Part shown: in pieces, positions 30,014-39,586 of the stretch | Numbering within the stretch: position 1 is the stretch's first letter | Layout of the letters: every line of letters starts with the position of its first letter | Assembly (NCBI GenBank): GCA_963664405.1 | Contig: OY761158.1 | Span: 6,016,001 to 6,080,000 of the forward strand | DNA length: 64,000 nt | Direction: 5' to 3' | Origin: Thermoanaerobaculia bacterium | GTDB lineage: Bacteria > Acidobacteriota > Thermoanaerobaculia > Multivoradales > Multivoraceae | Translations under genes and position numbers: made by a program | Notes under the pieces: generated by a model | The model's input: only the letters and a program-made list of their open reading frames with translations | What the model was told of the DNA's origin: nothing | Database searches by the model: none

Positions 30014-30532
30014 TCAGCTCACCACGAAAGTCTGCGCGGCACGATCCTTCTTGGGGCCGGGGAAGGCGAGGGCGCGGCCGTGGGCGACGACCCAGACTCC
30101 CGGTTGCAGAGTGCCGGTCGCGAAGATCGCTTCAGTGAGGTTCTGTAGGGCGTCGGAGCGCTTCATCTCGAAGGGGCGGATGGCCCCGGTGAGAATGACC
30201 GGAATCTCGATGGGGTTCAGGCCACCGCGGAGTAGCTCTCCGGTCTGGGTGAGGGTGTCGGTGCCGTGAAGGATGACGACACCATCGCTGCCAGTGCTCC
30301 TGTTTTCGGCGCCGGCGAGTCGTGCGGCTTCCAGGATTCGTTGGCGATCGGTATCGGTCATCTCCAGGGAGTCCTTGGACATCAGTTCGATTACCGAGAT
30401 CTCAGTGTTCTCGAGGCGAAGCTCGGCCAACATTCGGCGGACCTGACTGGAAAGGTTGACCAATTCGCCGCTGTTCTCGTCGTAGGTCTTCTCTATGGTG
30501 CCACCCGTGGTGATGATAGTGATCCGCCTCAT
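30014..30532 (-). CDS. Short asparaginase-domain protein
   Basis: TTGGTIEK, HGTDT, LTGA and SDALQN motifs. Confidence 0.85.
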   Translation of the reverse strand: MRRITIITTGGTIEKTYDENSGELVNLSSQVRRMLAELRLENTEISVIELMSKDSLEMTDTDRQRILEAARLAGAENRSTGSDGVVILHGTDTLTQTGELLRGGLNPIEIPVILTGAIRPFEMKRSDALQNLTEAIFATGTLQPGVWVVAHGRALAFPGPKKDRAAQTFVVS

Positions 30533-30580
30533 CTCGAGATCCTATCGGAGGCGGGGCCCTTCGCCAGGACGGCTTGGTCT

Positions 30581-33500
30581 CTACCGGAAGTCGTGGCTCG
30601 GGATCTCGGCCAGGCTCTCGAGAGGCCACAGACGATCGGCTCGGATGGAGAGAGAGCCGTCCCGCTTTTGTAGTAGCCCCTCGATGATGAGAGCCGACGA
30701 CCCAACGATGGTCTTGCGGTACTTTTGGAGCAGTTGAGGGCTCACCATCGCCTGCACCATTCCGGTCTCGTCTTCTACAGTGACGAAGAGAAGGCCTTTT
30801 GCTGTCCCCGGGCGTTGACGCACGATTACCGACCCTGCTGTGCGCACCTGTAGATTCGCCGGTAGTTTGTCGAGACTTGCGGCACTGCGGATTCCCTTCT
30901 GATCGAGACTCTTTCTCCAGTACTCCATGGGATGTGGACCGACGGTTACATCGGTTGTGACGAAGTCGGCCACGGTCTCTTCCAGCTTCGACATCTCCGG
31001 CAGGGGAGAGGGGCTGCGGTCGGCAGAGTCGTCAAAGAGAGGGCCGGTGGCGCGTGAGACTCGGGCGACCTGCCACAGGGCCTTTCGCCGGGTCAGCTGC
31101 AGTGAAGCCATAGCGCCGGCATGAGCGAGAGCGACCAGCTCGTTCTCTCGCAGCCCGCAACGCCGGGCGAGATCCTCGGGATTGTCGAAAGGGGCTCGGT
31201 GGCGTTCCTTCTCGATCGTCTGTCCCGCTACTTTACGCAGGCCCTTGATAAAGCGGAGGCCGAGTCGGAGAGCTCCCTTTGCTTGTCGTTGCCTGCCTCC
31301 GGACTCTGTGCCGTTGACATTCGGCTCCCAAGTGCATTTCCACCCTGACAGGTTGACGTCGATGGGTCGAGCTTCGACACCGCGACGCTGGGCATCCTTG
31401 ATCAGGGTTGCGGGGTGGTAGAAGCCCATCGGCCAGGCATTGAGTAGCGATACATAGAAGGCGGTGGGGTGGTACACCTTGAGGAAGGCGCTGGCGTAGG
31501 CGATGAGGGCGAAGCTGGCCGAATGGGATTCGGGAAAGCCGTATAGAGCGAAGGAAGTGATCTGCTGGACGACCTCGTCTTGGGCTTTGCCGGTAATCCC
31601 TCGTTCCGTCATCCCTACTCTCAGTCGATTCTCGATCTTTTCCATCCGCTCCATGGAGCGTTTGAACCCCATCGCGCGGCGCAACTCTTCGGCTTCACCG
31701 CCGGAGAAGCCGGCGGCGACCATGGCGATCTTGAGGATCTGCTCTTGAAAGATGGGCACGCCGAGAGTGCGTCGGAGAATGGGCTCCAGGCTGGGGTGTG
31801 GGTAGCGCACCTCCTCTCGGCCCATGCGGCGTTCGAAATAGGGGTGGGCCATCTTGCCGACGATGGGTCCGGGGCGGATGATGGCGATCTGGATGACCAG
31901 ATCGTAGAAGCGGCGGGGATCATTGCGGGGAAGAGAGGCCATCTGAGCACGGCTCTCGACTTGGAAGAGGCCGACGGTGTCGGCTTGACGGAGAAGGCGG
32001 TAGATCTTCGGGTCATCGGCGGGGAGCTGGGCATAATCGACCTTGACCCCTTCGCACTGCCGGATCATCGGTACGGCTTCTTCTAGAGCGTTGAGCATGC
32101 CGAGGCCGAGAAGATCCACTTTGATGATGCCGAGGTCGGCGCAGTCGTCTTTATCCCACTGCACGACGACGCGCCCCTCCATCGATGCGGGCTCGAGGGG
32201 TACGACTTCGTCGAGACGTCCGGCAGCAATCACCATCCCGCCCGAGTGTTGACCTAGATGGCGGGGAAGGTTCTGGATTGCGTGCCACATCTCGGAGAAG
32301 AGCCGGATGCGAGAATCCCCGGGATCGAAGCCGGCGGATTTGAGCTCTTCACTCATGTCCTTCGAGTCGCCGCGATGGATGTCGTAGCGCCAGCTACCGA
32401 GTTGTTTGGAGAGGCGGTCGACTTGGGCTTCGGAGTAGCCGAGCACTTTTGAGACCTCGCGCGCCGCCATGCGATCGCGATAGGTGATGACGTTGGCGGT
32501 CATCGCGGAGCCATGGACGCCGTAGCGCTGATAGACGTACTGAATGACCTTTTCTCGTGGATCGCCCGAGGGTAGGTCGAGGTCGATATCGGGCCATTCG
32601 CCGCGTTCTTCGGAGAGGAAACGCTCGAACAGGAGCTCCATCTTGACCGGATCGACCGCGGTGATCGACAGTGCGTAGCAGACTGCGCTGTTGGCCGCTG
32701 AGCCACGGCCCTGGGCCATGATCCTGTTCCTCTGGCAGAAACGTACGATGTCCCAGACAATGAGGAAGTAGCCCTCGAGCTCGAGCTTCTCGATCATGGT
32801 GAGCTCTTTCTCGATCTGCGCTTGTGCTTTTGCTGTGAGGGGACGAAAGCGAGCTCGAGCTCCGTTCCAAGTGATCTGACGCAGATAAGAACCGGGAGTT
32901 TCTCCGGCGGGCAGAGGGTAATTGGGGAAGCGGTAGCCGAGGTCGGCGAGGGTGAAGTCCAGATCGTGGGCGAGCTCCAGGCTGTGCTCCACCGCTTCAG
33001 GACAGTCGCGAAAGAGCTCAGCCATAGAAGCGGCTCCCTTGAAATGACGTTGGCGTTCGAGATGGAGCAGTGCGCCTGCTTCGTCGAGTTTGGTGTGATG
33101 GCGGAGACAAGTGAGGATGTCGAAGAGGTTCTTGTCACTTTCCTGGGCATAGCGCACGCCATTGGTGGCGAGCAGGGGGAGGCGCAGGCTATGGGCGAGA
33201 TCGACCAGTGCCTTATTGCGCTCCTCCTCCACACGCAGCGAATGTCGCTGCACTTCGATCGAGAGTCTGTCGGTGAAGAGGTCGGTGAGTCGTTGGAGAA
33301 GGGTTCGTGCGCCGGAGATGCCTCGGTGACGAAGCGCGCTTGCGAGGAGGCCCTCTTCGCCTCCGGTGATGCAGTAAAGCCCTCCGACGTGATCGTGCAG
33401 ACTTTCCCAGGTGACTCTGGCTTCGCCCTTGGGGTGGTTGAGGGCAGAGGCGGTGATCAGCTTGCATAGATTCTTATAGCCCTCGTCGTTGGCGACGAGG

Positions 33501-33925
33501 AGAGTGAGGCGGGGCTCTCCGCTCTCGTCTTCGACGACGACCTCCGAGCCCACCAAAGCTTTGATGCCCGCCCCTCTCGCTGCCTTGTAGAAGCGGGGAG
33601 CGCCGTAAACGCCGTTACGGTCAACAAGTGCAACTGCCGGGATTTCCAGCTCAGCAGCTCGCGCTACGAGGTCTTCGGGGAGGGAGGCGCCGCCGAGGAA
33701 AGAGAAGGCGGAGACACAGTGAAGCTCGGCATAGCGTTGTCGAGTCGCTTTAGGAAGGCGATAACTCCTTTGGCGCAGCTTTTCCTTCCGTGCCCCGGGG
33801 GATAGGTAGTTCTTGCGATCGAGCCACGTACCGATGTCCTGGTCTGGCGCCTTGGCGAGGACCGGCGGATTGAGCACGCTTTCGTTGGTAGGAGGTGCAA
33901 TAGGTGTCGGCGGCTTGCGGTACAT
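30581..33925 (-). CDS. dnaE2: Error-prone DNA polymerase III alpha
   Basis: YAELHCVSAFSFL, GRGSAANS, PDIDLD, YGFPESH and VRQRPGTAKG motifs; C-terminal SHDFR. Confidence 0.95.
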   Translation of the reverse strand: MYRKPPTPIAPPTNESVLNPPVLAKAPDQDIGTWLDRKNYLSPGARKEKLRQRSYRLPKATRQRYAELHCVSAFSFLGGASLPEDLVARAAELEIPAVALVDRNGVYGAPRFYKAARGAGIKALVGSEVVVEDESGEPRLTLLVANDEGYKNLCKLITASALNHPKGEARVTWESLHDHVGGLYCITGGEEGLLASALRHRGISGARTLLQRLTDLFTDRLSIEVQRHSLRVEEERNKALVDLAHSLRLPLLATNGVRYAQESDKNLFDILTCLRHHTKLDEAGALLHLERQRHFKGAASMAELFRDCPEAVEHSLELAHDLDFTLADLGYRFPNYPLPAGETPGSYLRQITWNGARARFRPLTAKAQAQIEKELTMIEKLELEGYFLIVWDIVRFCQRNRIMAQGRGSAANSAVCYALSITAVDPVKMELLFERFLSEERGEWPDIDLDLPSGDPREKVIQYVYQRYGVHGSAMTANVITYRDRMAAREVSKVLGYSEAQVDRLSKQLGSWRYDIHRGDSKDMSEELKSAGFDPGDSRIRLFSEMWHAIQNLPRHLGQHSGGMVIAAGRLDEVVPLEPASMEGRVVVQWDKDDCADLGIIKVDLLGLGMLNALEEAVPMIRQCEGVKVDYAQLPADDPKIYRLLRQADTVGLFQVESRAQMASLPRNDPRRFYDLVIQIAIIRPGPIVGKMAHPYFERRMGREEVRYPHPSLEPILRRTLGVPIFQEQILKIAMVAAGFSGGEAEELRRAMGFKRSMERMEKIENRLRVGMTERGITGKAQDEVVQQITSFALYGFPESHSASFALIAYASAFLKVYHPTAFYVSLLNAWPMGFYHPATLIKDAQRRGVEARPIDVNLSGWKCTWEPNVNGTESGGRQRQAKGALRLGLRFIKGLRKVAGQTIEKERHRAPFDNPEDLARRCGLRENELVALAHAGAMASLQLTRRKALWQVARVSRATGPLFDDSADRSPSPLPEMSKLEETVADFVTTDVTVGPHPMEYWRKSLDQKGIRSAASLDKLPANLQVRTAGSVIVRQRPGTAKGLLFVTVEDETGMVQAMVSPQLLQKYRKTIVGSSALIIEGLLQKRDGSLSIRADRLWPLESLAEIPSHDFR

Positions 33926-33936
33926 GAGGGGGAACG

Positions 33937-33966
33937 AGGATAGGCGTAAATAAGGCGTAATGTCAA
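33937..33966 (-). promoter_or_regulatory. dnaE2 promoter with a direct-repeat operator candidate in the spacer
   Basis: TTGACA, 18-nt spacer, TATCCT; TTACGCCT occurs twice at an 11-bp period. Confidence 0.6.
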
Positions 33967-34142
33967 CGTCGAGCTCACGCCCAAGCACCGAGTCTCGGCG
34001 TTCTCGTTCACAGTGCCACCCTCCTTGCTATCTAGAGCTCTCCGTCAGAAGATCGGTGATTCTTGTAAGAGGGTGGAACGTAAGAGCTCGCCGTGGCACG
34101 TCTTGACGACGGTGCCGAGCTGGGCAAGGGGCCCGCGGACGA

Positions 34143-35600
34143 TCAGATCCGATCGGGGAAGGTGGCGGTGCCGGGATTTTGAAGCGCCCGTTGTGCAGCG
34201 ACGCGAAGGTAGTGATCTGGCGCGACGCCATGCAGCCGCGCAGTCTCGCAGAGCGAGTAGAGAATGGCTCCGACCTCGCATCCTCGGCGAGATCGAAACT
34301 GTAGATAGTTCTTTCGGCCGACGACGGGTCCTCGCAGCGCGTTCTCGGCACGGTTGTTGTCCAGCGGTAGCCGTGCATCCTCGAGGAAGCGAGTCAGCCC
34401 CTCCCAGCGAGCCAGGATGTACTTGACCGCCTTGATGAAGTCGCTGCGCGGAAGCCCCGTTTGCGACAGCGCCCAAGCCTTGATCGCCGCAATCACCTTC
34501 GATGAGCGCTTCACTCGAGCCTCCGCCCGGCGCAGCAGAGTGTCCGCCGGTTCAAGATCCAAGGCGTCGATCTCGCGCTCGATCTCGTAGAGCTCTCCGA
34601 TCAACTTCAAGATCTGGGCGCACTCCCGCGGCCGATGCTTCTGCGCATCGCGGAATTTGCGCAAACTGTGAGCCCAACAATTCGCCAGACGCAGGGGCCC
34701 GGCCCGGGAAAGCTGCTCGTACACTGGGTAGCCGTCCGCGATCACGATTCCGTCGTAAGCGCCGAGGATCTCCTCGCCCGCAGCGAAGCTCTTGCGCCCC
34801 AGCGTGTACCAGGCATGCTGATTCGTGCTGAGCACCCAGAGAGTTTCTCGTCTCGAGTGCTTGCCCTGCGTCAGCAGGAAGCCCGTCTCGTCGGCATGGA
34901 GGAAGTCAGATCCCAGGATCTGCTCCTTGAGCGCTGCATAGGTCGGTCGCAGCACCTCGGCTAGGGCTTGCTCCTGGTCCCACAGCGTCTGCTTCGTCAC
35001 TCGTAGACCGCTGCGGCTGAGCTCCTTGACCTGGCGATGCAGAGGCATGTGATCGACGATCTTCGACGTCGCCACCGAGACCGCAAACTCCAGCGAGTAC
35101 CGACCGCCGGGCACCAGCCGCGGATGCGGATTCGGCGCCGTCCCAACTGCGCTGTTGCAAGCGCAACGGTACTTCTGGCGCCGATGCACCAGACGCACCA
35201 CGCGCTTCATCTCGATCGTGATCTCTTCGGAGTCTTGTGTCTCGACGCCCAAGGGCTGAAGCGTCGGGTCTCCACAGGCCGGACACGTCCGCTCGCCCTC
35301 TCCCAGCACGTGCTCCAGGACGACCACCGGTAGGTCCGGTTGCGGCGTCGGCCCGTGGCCGCGCTGCTTGCGCGGTCGCGCTTCCGAGTCGGGGAGCTCC
35401 CGGGCCTGGCGCTGGATCTCGAGCTTGCCAAGACCCAGAAGCAACTCGAGCTCGGCCTGATCGGCGTCCTCGCCGCGCAGGCTCGCATTCTCTCGCTTCA
35501 GCTGGCGGACCAGGTCCAGCAGACGGTCGTTTTCCGTGCTCAGAAGCGAATAGTGCGCGAGTACGACGTCGAGAGAGGCGATCGTTTCGGGCACCTGCAT
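34143..35600 (-). CDS. tnpC: IS66 transposase TnpC
   Basis: CPACG zinc finger; HADET, ADGY, CWAH, LDNNRAENALR and GRKN motifs. Confidence 0.92.
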   Translation of the reverse strand: MQVPETIASLDVVLAHYSLLSTENDRLLDLVRQLKRENASLRGEDADQAELELLLGLGKLEIQRQARELPDSEARPRKQRGHGPTPQPDLPVVVLEHVLGEGERTCPACGDPTLQPLGVETQDSEEITIEMKRVVRLVHRRQKYRCACNSAVGTAPNPHPRLVPGGRYSLEFAVSVATSKIVDHMPLHRQVKELSRSGLRVTKQTLWDQEQALAEVLRPTYAALKEQILGSDFLHADETGFLLTQGKHSRRETLWVLSTNQHAWYTLGRKSFAAGEEILGAYDGIVIADGYPVYEQLSRAGPLRLANCWAHSLRKFRDAQKHRPRECAQILKLIGELYEIEREIDALDLEPADTLLRRAEARVKRSSKVIAAIKAWALSQTGLPRSDFIKAVKYILARWEGLTRFLEDARLPLDNNRAENALRGPVVGRKNYLQFRSRRGCEVGAILYSLCETARLHGVAPDHYLRVAAQRALQNPGTATFPDRI

Positions 35601-35616
35601 CGGATGCCCCTTTCTC

Positions 35617-35997
35617 TCATGCCGGTGAGCGAATCGCAAGCTCTTTTTTGTCTAGATTCTCAGGAACAAGTCGTTTTCTACCAACGGCTTGGCTTCCTTC
35701 GAGAAACAGCCCAAGCTCAGCCCGAGACAGACGCAGTACGGGACCTCTTCGATCCCGCCAGAGGCACGCAAATCGGCCCTTCTCCAGACGTTTTGCCAGC
35801 AGACAAAGGCCCGATCCATCGAAGACCAACACCTTCGCCCGCACACGGTTGCGAGCTACGAAGAGGAAGAGATCTCCCGACAAGACGTTTTGATCGAGAT
35901 CCTGCTCCACCAGAGCCGCCAGGCTGTCGTACCCCTTGCGCATGTCCACCGGGCCCGCGTACGCGAAGACCTGCCGGCCGGGAAGCAACTCCATCAT
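35617..35997 (-). CDS. tnpB: IS66 accessory protein TnpB
   Basis: PVDMRKGYDSL and KRLEKGRF motifs. Confidence 0.92.
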   Translation of the reverse strand: MMELLPGRQVFAYAGPVDMRKGYDSLAALVEQDLDQNVLSGDLFLFVARNRVRAKVLVFDGSGLCLLAKRLEKGRFACLWRDRRGPVLRLSRAELGLFLEGSQAVGRKRLVPENLDKKELAIRSPA

Positions 35998-36326
35998 CCG
36001 AGGCGACTCACATACTCGATCGCCTGGTCCGCGCTCAGGCCCTCGACCCGGTAGCCACTCGGACTCACCAAAGTCACCTCCGACGCGGCCGGCACGGCCT
36101 CGACACGCACGAAGCCCGAGTCTCGACTACGCCAGCGCTCGAGAGTCGTCTTGCCCACTCCCAACTCCTCGGCGATCGCCGACACCCGAGCACCCTCCCG
36201 TCGGCGCAACTCGAAGTAGCTCATTGCCTCCAACCGCTGCTCTTCTGTGAACCGACGACGGCCCGAAACCTTACCCACATTTCCCTGCCGTACCGACTCC
36301 CGAAACTGAGCTGCTTGTCCAGCCAT
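35994..36326 (-). CDS. tnpA: IS66 TnpA (HTH)
   Basis: RRRFTEEQR...IAEELGVGKTTLERW motif. Confidence 0.8.
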   Translation of the reverse strand: MAGQAAQFRESVRQGNVGKVSGRRRFTEEQRLEAMSYFELRRREGARVSAIAEELGVGKTTLERWRSRDSGFVRVEAVPAASEVTLVSPSGYRVEGLSADQAIEYVSRLG

Positions 36327-36416
36327 CGTTGTCCCCTTCGAAACGACAACGACAACACGGATCCTCGAACCAAGCTAGACGGGCTACGGCGAACTCTTAC
36401 GGTGGAACCGCTCGCT

Positions 36417-36508
36417 TTACTCGAGCTCGTAGCTCTCGTCTAGCCCCGGCGAATAGATCGGCGGATTGCCGCGCCAGTGGCCCTGCAGAAAGCGGACCGA
36501 TGACTCCA
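36417..36508 (-). repeat. Orphan 92-bp copy of the 3' end of gene 37952-38974
   Basis: Matches 37952-38043 apart from two substitutions. Confidence 0.9.
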
Positions 36509-36646
36509 CCCTGGTGCACCCTGGAACGGTGCCACCCTCTTGGTCCAGGAGCTACCTCCGAAAGCCAACTAACCCGTCGACCCCAGCCTCCTGCAAGGTG
36601 TTCGCCCCGGATCGCGTCCTCTACTTTCAGGAGGACCCAGGCACCA

Positions 36647-37582
36647 GTGCGAAGACCCAGAGGATTAGTTGCAGATCGCCTCGTCGAAGTCACCACACGG
36701 ACATCTCAGGGTCGCTACCTACTCAGCCCCTCCCCCGAAGTGAATCGGACCATAAAGGGTGTCATCGGCCGGGGCCAGAGACGGACCGGAATCGACATCT
36801 GTGGCCTCGCCTTCATGTCCAATCACGCCCACATGCTCCTCGTCCCGGAGAGCACTGAACAGCTCAGCGAGTTCATGGGATTCGTGAACGGAAACATTGC
36901 TCGCAAGGTCGGCCCTCTCCAGGGCTGGCGGGGCAGGCTCTGGGAGCGGCGCTACCAGCACATCATCATCTCCGACGAGCCCGAAGCTCAGATCGCTCGT
37001 CTGAAGTACCTCTTCTCCCAAGGCACCAAAGAGGGCTTGGTACGCCATCCCTTGGATTGGCCCGGGGTTCATTCTGCCGGCGCGACCCGGCGAGGCTATC
37101 GAGAGATGACCGGTGGTGTTTGGCATGACCAGACCGCAGAAGGCAAGGCTCGAAGAGCCGGTAAAATACTGACGCCACAGGAGTTCCTCATCGAAGAGGT
37201 GATCCGGTTGAGTCACGTTCCGTGTCTGGAGGACTGGAGATGGGAGCCGAGGTTGGAGCTCATCGAGCAGCTCCTACACGAGTGCGAGCAGATGGGCCGC
37301 CAACTTCGGGAGGACACCGGCAGACCTCCGATGGGGGCGAAGAAGATCCTCATGCAGGTCCCCGACTTCCGGCCGAAAGAGCTGGATCGATCCCCAGCTC
37401 CAGCCTTTCACGCGGTTTCGAGAGAGGCCTTCCAGAAGCTCAGAAAAGAGCAGAGAGAGTTCGTGAGCCTCTACCGCGAGTCCGCGGAGAAGCTCAAAGA
37501 AGGGGGGCTCGAGGTGGCCTTTCCACCCGGATGTTTCCCACCCCACCTACCCTACGTCCCCGAGGTGCGGGCAGGTCCGTAG
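36647..37582 (+). CDS. Y1 HUH transposase (IS200/RAYT-like)
   Basis: VEVTTRT, FMSNHAHML (HUH), LWERRY, LKY...KEGLV and WPGVHS motifs; RBS AGGAGG before the GTG. Confidence 0.85.
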   Translation: MRRPRGLVADRLVEVTTRTSQGRYLLSPSPEVNRTIKGVIGRGQRRTGIDICGLAFMSNHAHMLLVPESTEQLSEFMGFVNGNIARKVGPLQGWRGRLWERRYQHIIISDEPEAQIARLKYLFSQGTKEGLVRHPLDWPGVHSAGATRRGYREMTGGVWHDQTAEGKARRAGKILTPQEFLIEEVIRLSHVPCLEDWRWEPRLELIEQLLHECEQMGRQLREDTGRPPMGAKKILMQVPDFRPKELDRSPAPAFHAVSREAFQKLRKEQREFVSLYRESAEKLKEGGLEVAFPPGCFPPHLPYVPEVRAGP

Positions 37583-37799
37583 CCGCCTAGTCTGACCGCA
37601 GTTGAAGAAACTCCCGCGGCTTCTTCTGATGGGCTGCTCGGTAGGGGTGTGCCTAGAAACGGGGTTTTGGGTGGCCTGGCGGCCACTCCGGTCCGTCATG
37701 GGGGTTGGGGCCTTAGAAGCGGCGAACTCGAGCCTTACTTTTCAACTTCATCGAGTCGAAAGACCTTCTGAGATGTGTCACGGTGGCCGTCAGGGGATA

Positions 37800-37901
37800 T
37801 AGGTGGGAAAGAGGGTGACACTTTTCTGGGGATGGAGCTTTGCCTCAGCTAGGTGGGAAAGAGGGTGACACTTTTCTGGGGATGGAGCTTTGCCTCAGCT
37901 A
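37800..37901. repeat. Perfect tandem 2 x 50-bp repeat containing GAAAGAGGGTGACACTTTTC
   Basis: Direct inspection. Confidence 0.9.
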
Positions 37902-37951
37902 CTTCACCAACTGGCAACACCATCAACTCGATCAGCTGTTCGGGCGCCGCC

Positions 37952-38974
37952 TCACTCGAGCTCGTAGCTCTCGTCCAGCCCCGGCGAATAGATCGGCGGA
38001 TTGCCGCGCCAGTGGCCCTGCAGAAAGCGGACCGATGACTCCAGGGTGAGATCCCCCCGCCTTCGCAGTGCCTCGACGCAGGCGTCGTAGGCGGGGCCGT
38101 CACCGCCGAGCTTGACCATCACCGGCGGGCGCGTCGCCTGCCAGTGCTCGTAACTGACGTAGCGCACCATCATGTAGGCCTCGTCGTAGCTGGGGTCTTC
38201 GGCGGGCAGGTCGCTTCCACCGGTCGTCGGCGTATTCGCTTCCAGACCCTCGCTCTCACCCGGCAGCGGATAGACCCTCAGCCATTGACCGACGATGCGC
38301 GCTCCCATCTTCTCGAAGTAGGGCCACACTCCGTCTTCGCTCAGGCTGCGGACCTGTGCAAAGGTCCCCTTCTTGATCCTGAAACGCCGCAGGGTGACGA
38401 TTTCTTGGCCCGGCTTGTAGCGACCGTGGCGCACCGGATGCACCGAGGACTCTCCCTCGACCTTTCGATAGCTCTCGTCGAGAGGGGGAAAGTAGTAGGG
38501 CACATTGGGCGCCATCGCTCCCTCCAGGTAGATCGGCCCGTCGGAGCCAGTGGTCACACTGCGTCGTATGGCCGCGGCCTCGCGCATCGCATCCCAGTCT
38601 GGGCCGTTGCCACCAAGCTCGGCACCACGTCGCGTCGCAGCCCAGTGGTTGAAACTGCGGTATCGCGCTATCCGATAGCCCTCGTCGTCACCGGCCGGCT
38701 TGCCACCCTGCGGGTAGACCACTTGCCACTGACCGACGTTGCGATTTCCGAGCTTCTCGTAAAACGGCCACACTCCGTCTTGCGACGCTCTCAGGTAGGT
38801 GTCGTGCGTTCCCGGCTTCAGTTGCTGGTGACGAAGAACCAGAAACTCGGTCCCAGCCTGGGATGTGCCATGGCGAACCGGGACGGGCTCCTGCGCTGTG
38901 ACGTCGGAGGACATGGTTGCGAACCCGAGAAGAACACAGATCCACCCACGAACTAGTCTTTTATCGCGCGACAC
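37952..38974 (-). CDS. Secreted protein with two NIPSNAP-like repeats
   Basis: Internal duplication of LR...K.GT...S.DGVWP..EK.G...VGQW...Y.S..HW.ATR. Confidence 0.7.
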   Translation of the reverse strand: MSRDKRLVRGWICVLLGFATMSSDVTAQEPVPVRHGTSQAGTEFLVLRHQQLKPGTHDTYLRASQDGVWPFYEKLGNRNVGQWQVVYPQGGKPAGDDEGYRIARYRSFNHWAATRRGAELGGNGPDWDAMREAAAIRRSVTTGSDGPIYLEGAMAPNVPYYFPPLDESYRKVEGESSVHPVRHGRYKPGQEIVTLRRFRIKKGTFAQVRSLSEDGVWPYFEKMGARIVGQWLRVYPLPGESEGLEANTPTTGGSDLPAEDPSYDEAYMMVRYVSYEHWQATRPPVMVKLGGDGPAYDACVEALRRRGDLTLESSVRFLQGHWRGNPPIYSPGLDESYELE

Positions 38975-39032
38975 TCTCACCTCCCCAGCGTTTGACCGAA
39001 GAATGTTACCTTGCCGGGGAAAACGACGCGAC

Positions 39033-39576
39033 TTACGCGGCTCGTGAGCCGGCCCGTACCCTAGCTTCCCATCGATCGATTGGAGCCCAGAGGCCGGGAC
39101 AGGGCTCGAGCACGGTTGCCGCACCTCCGCGGAGGCGCGCCAGGAGGAAGGGAATCACTCGCATCTCGCATCCCGGGATGCCGATCACGGCGGCCAGCAG
39201 GTGGCAGAGGCCCATATGGAGATGCACCGTGAGGGTCAAGAGAAGGGCGTAGGTCGCCACTGTGGGGTCCCCAGAAGGCTCCGCTCTGTAGCCACTGAAT
39301 CCCGGATAGGCCGAACCCCACGACCAGCGCGACCCCGGCCGGGGCGTTGCCCACCGGGAGCACCCGATGCAGGCCGAGCCGAATATTGAACGAAACCAGG
39401 TAGAACGCAAGGGCAACGAAGACCCAGAGACCCGTGCTCCAAGTGGCTTCTCTCAGCCCAGAGAAGTGGGCGATGATGGAGACGACGCCCTGGATCTGGA
39501 ACAAACCGACGAGAAGCTTGCCGATGCGTCCAACAATCGATGCCGGAGGCATGCCCTCGGCCGTCACCGTCGCCAC
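39033..39576 (-). pseudogene. Membrane protein (GCE motif, DUF6410-like), frameshifted at about 39265
   Basis: The N-terminal TM segments are in one frame up to AFWGP; the C-terminus TVATYALLL...GIPGCEMRVIP...PIDRWE is in the next frame. One extra C in a C4 run. Confidence 0.6.
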
Positions 39577-39586
39577 ACCACATCCC

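Larger units (their letters stand above)
34080..36400 (-). mobile_element. IS66-family insertion sequence
   Basis: TIR GTAAGAG(C/T)TCGCCGT; 8-bp direct repeat GGTGGAAC (34072-34079, 36401-36408). Confidence 0.93.

Noticed and set aside
35617-35997. tnpB as an RNA-guided TnpB nuclease
   Set aside because: This is the unrelated 126-aa IS66 accessory TnpB with no RuvC domain. The nearby Y1 transposase has no TnpB or IscB partner.
36417-38043. DGR template/variable repeat pair (both differences are A-to-G on the coding strand)
   Set aside because: Only two differences, both silent. There is no reverse transcriptase in the window and the target has no C-type-lectin-like variable region.
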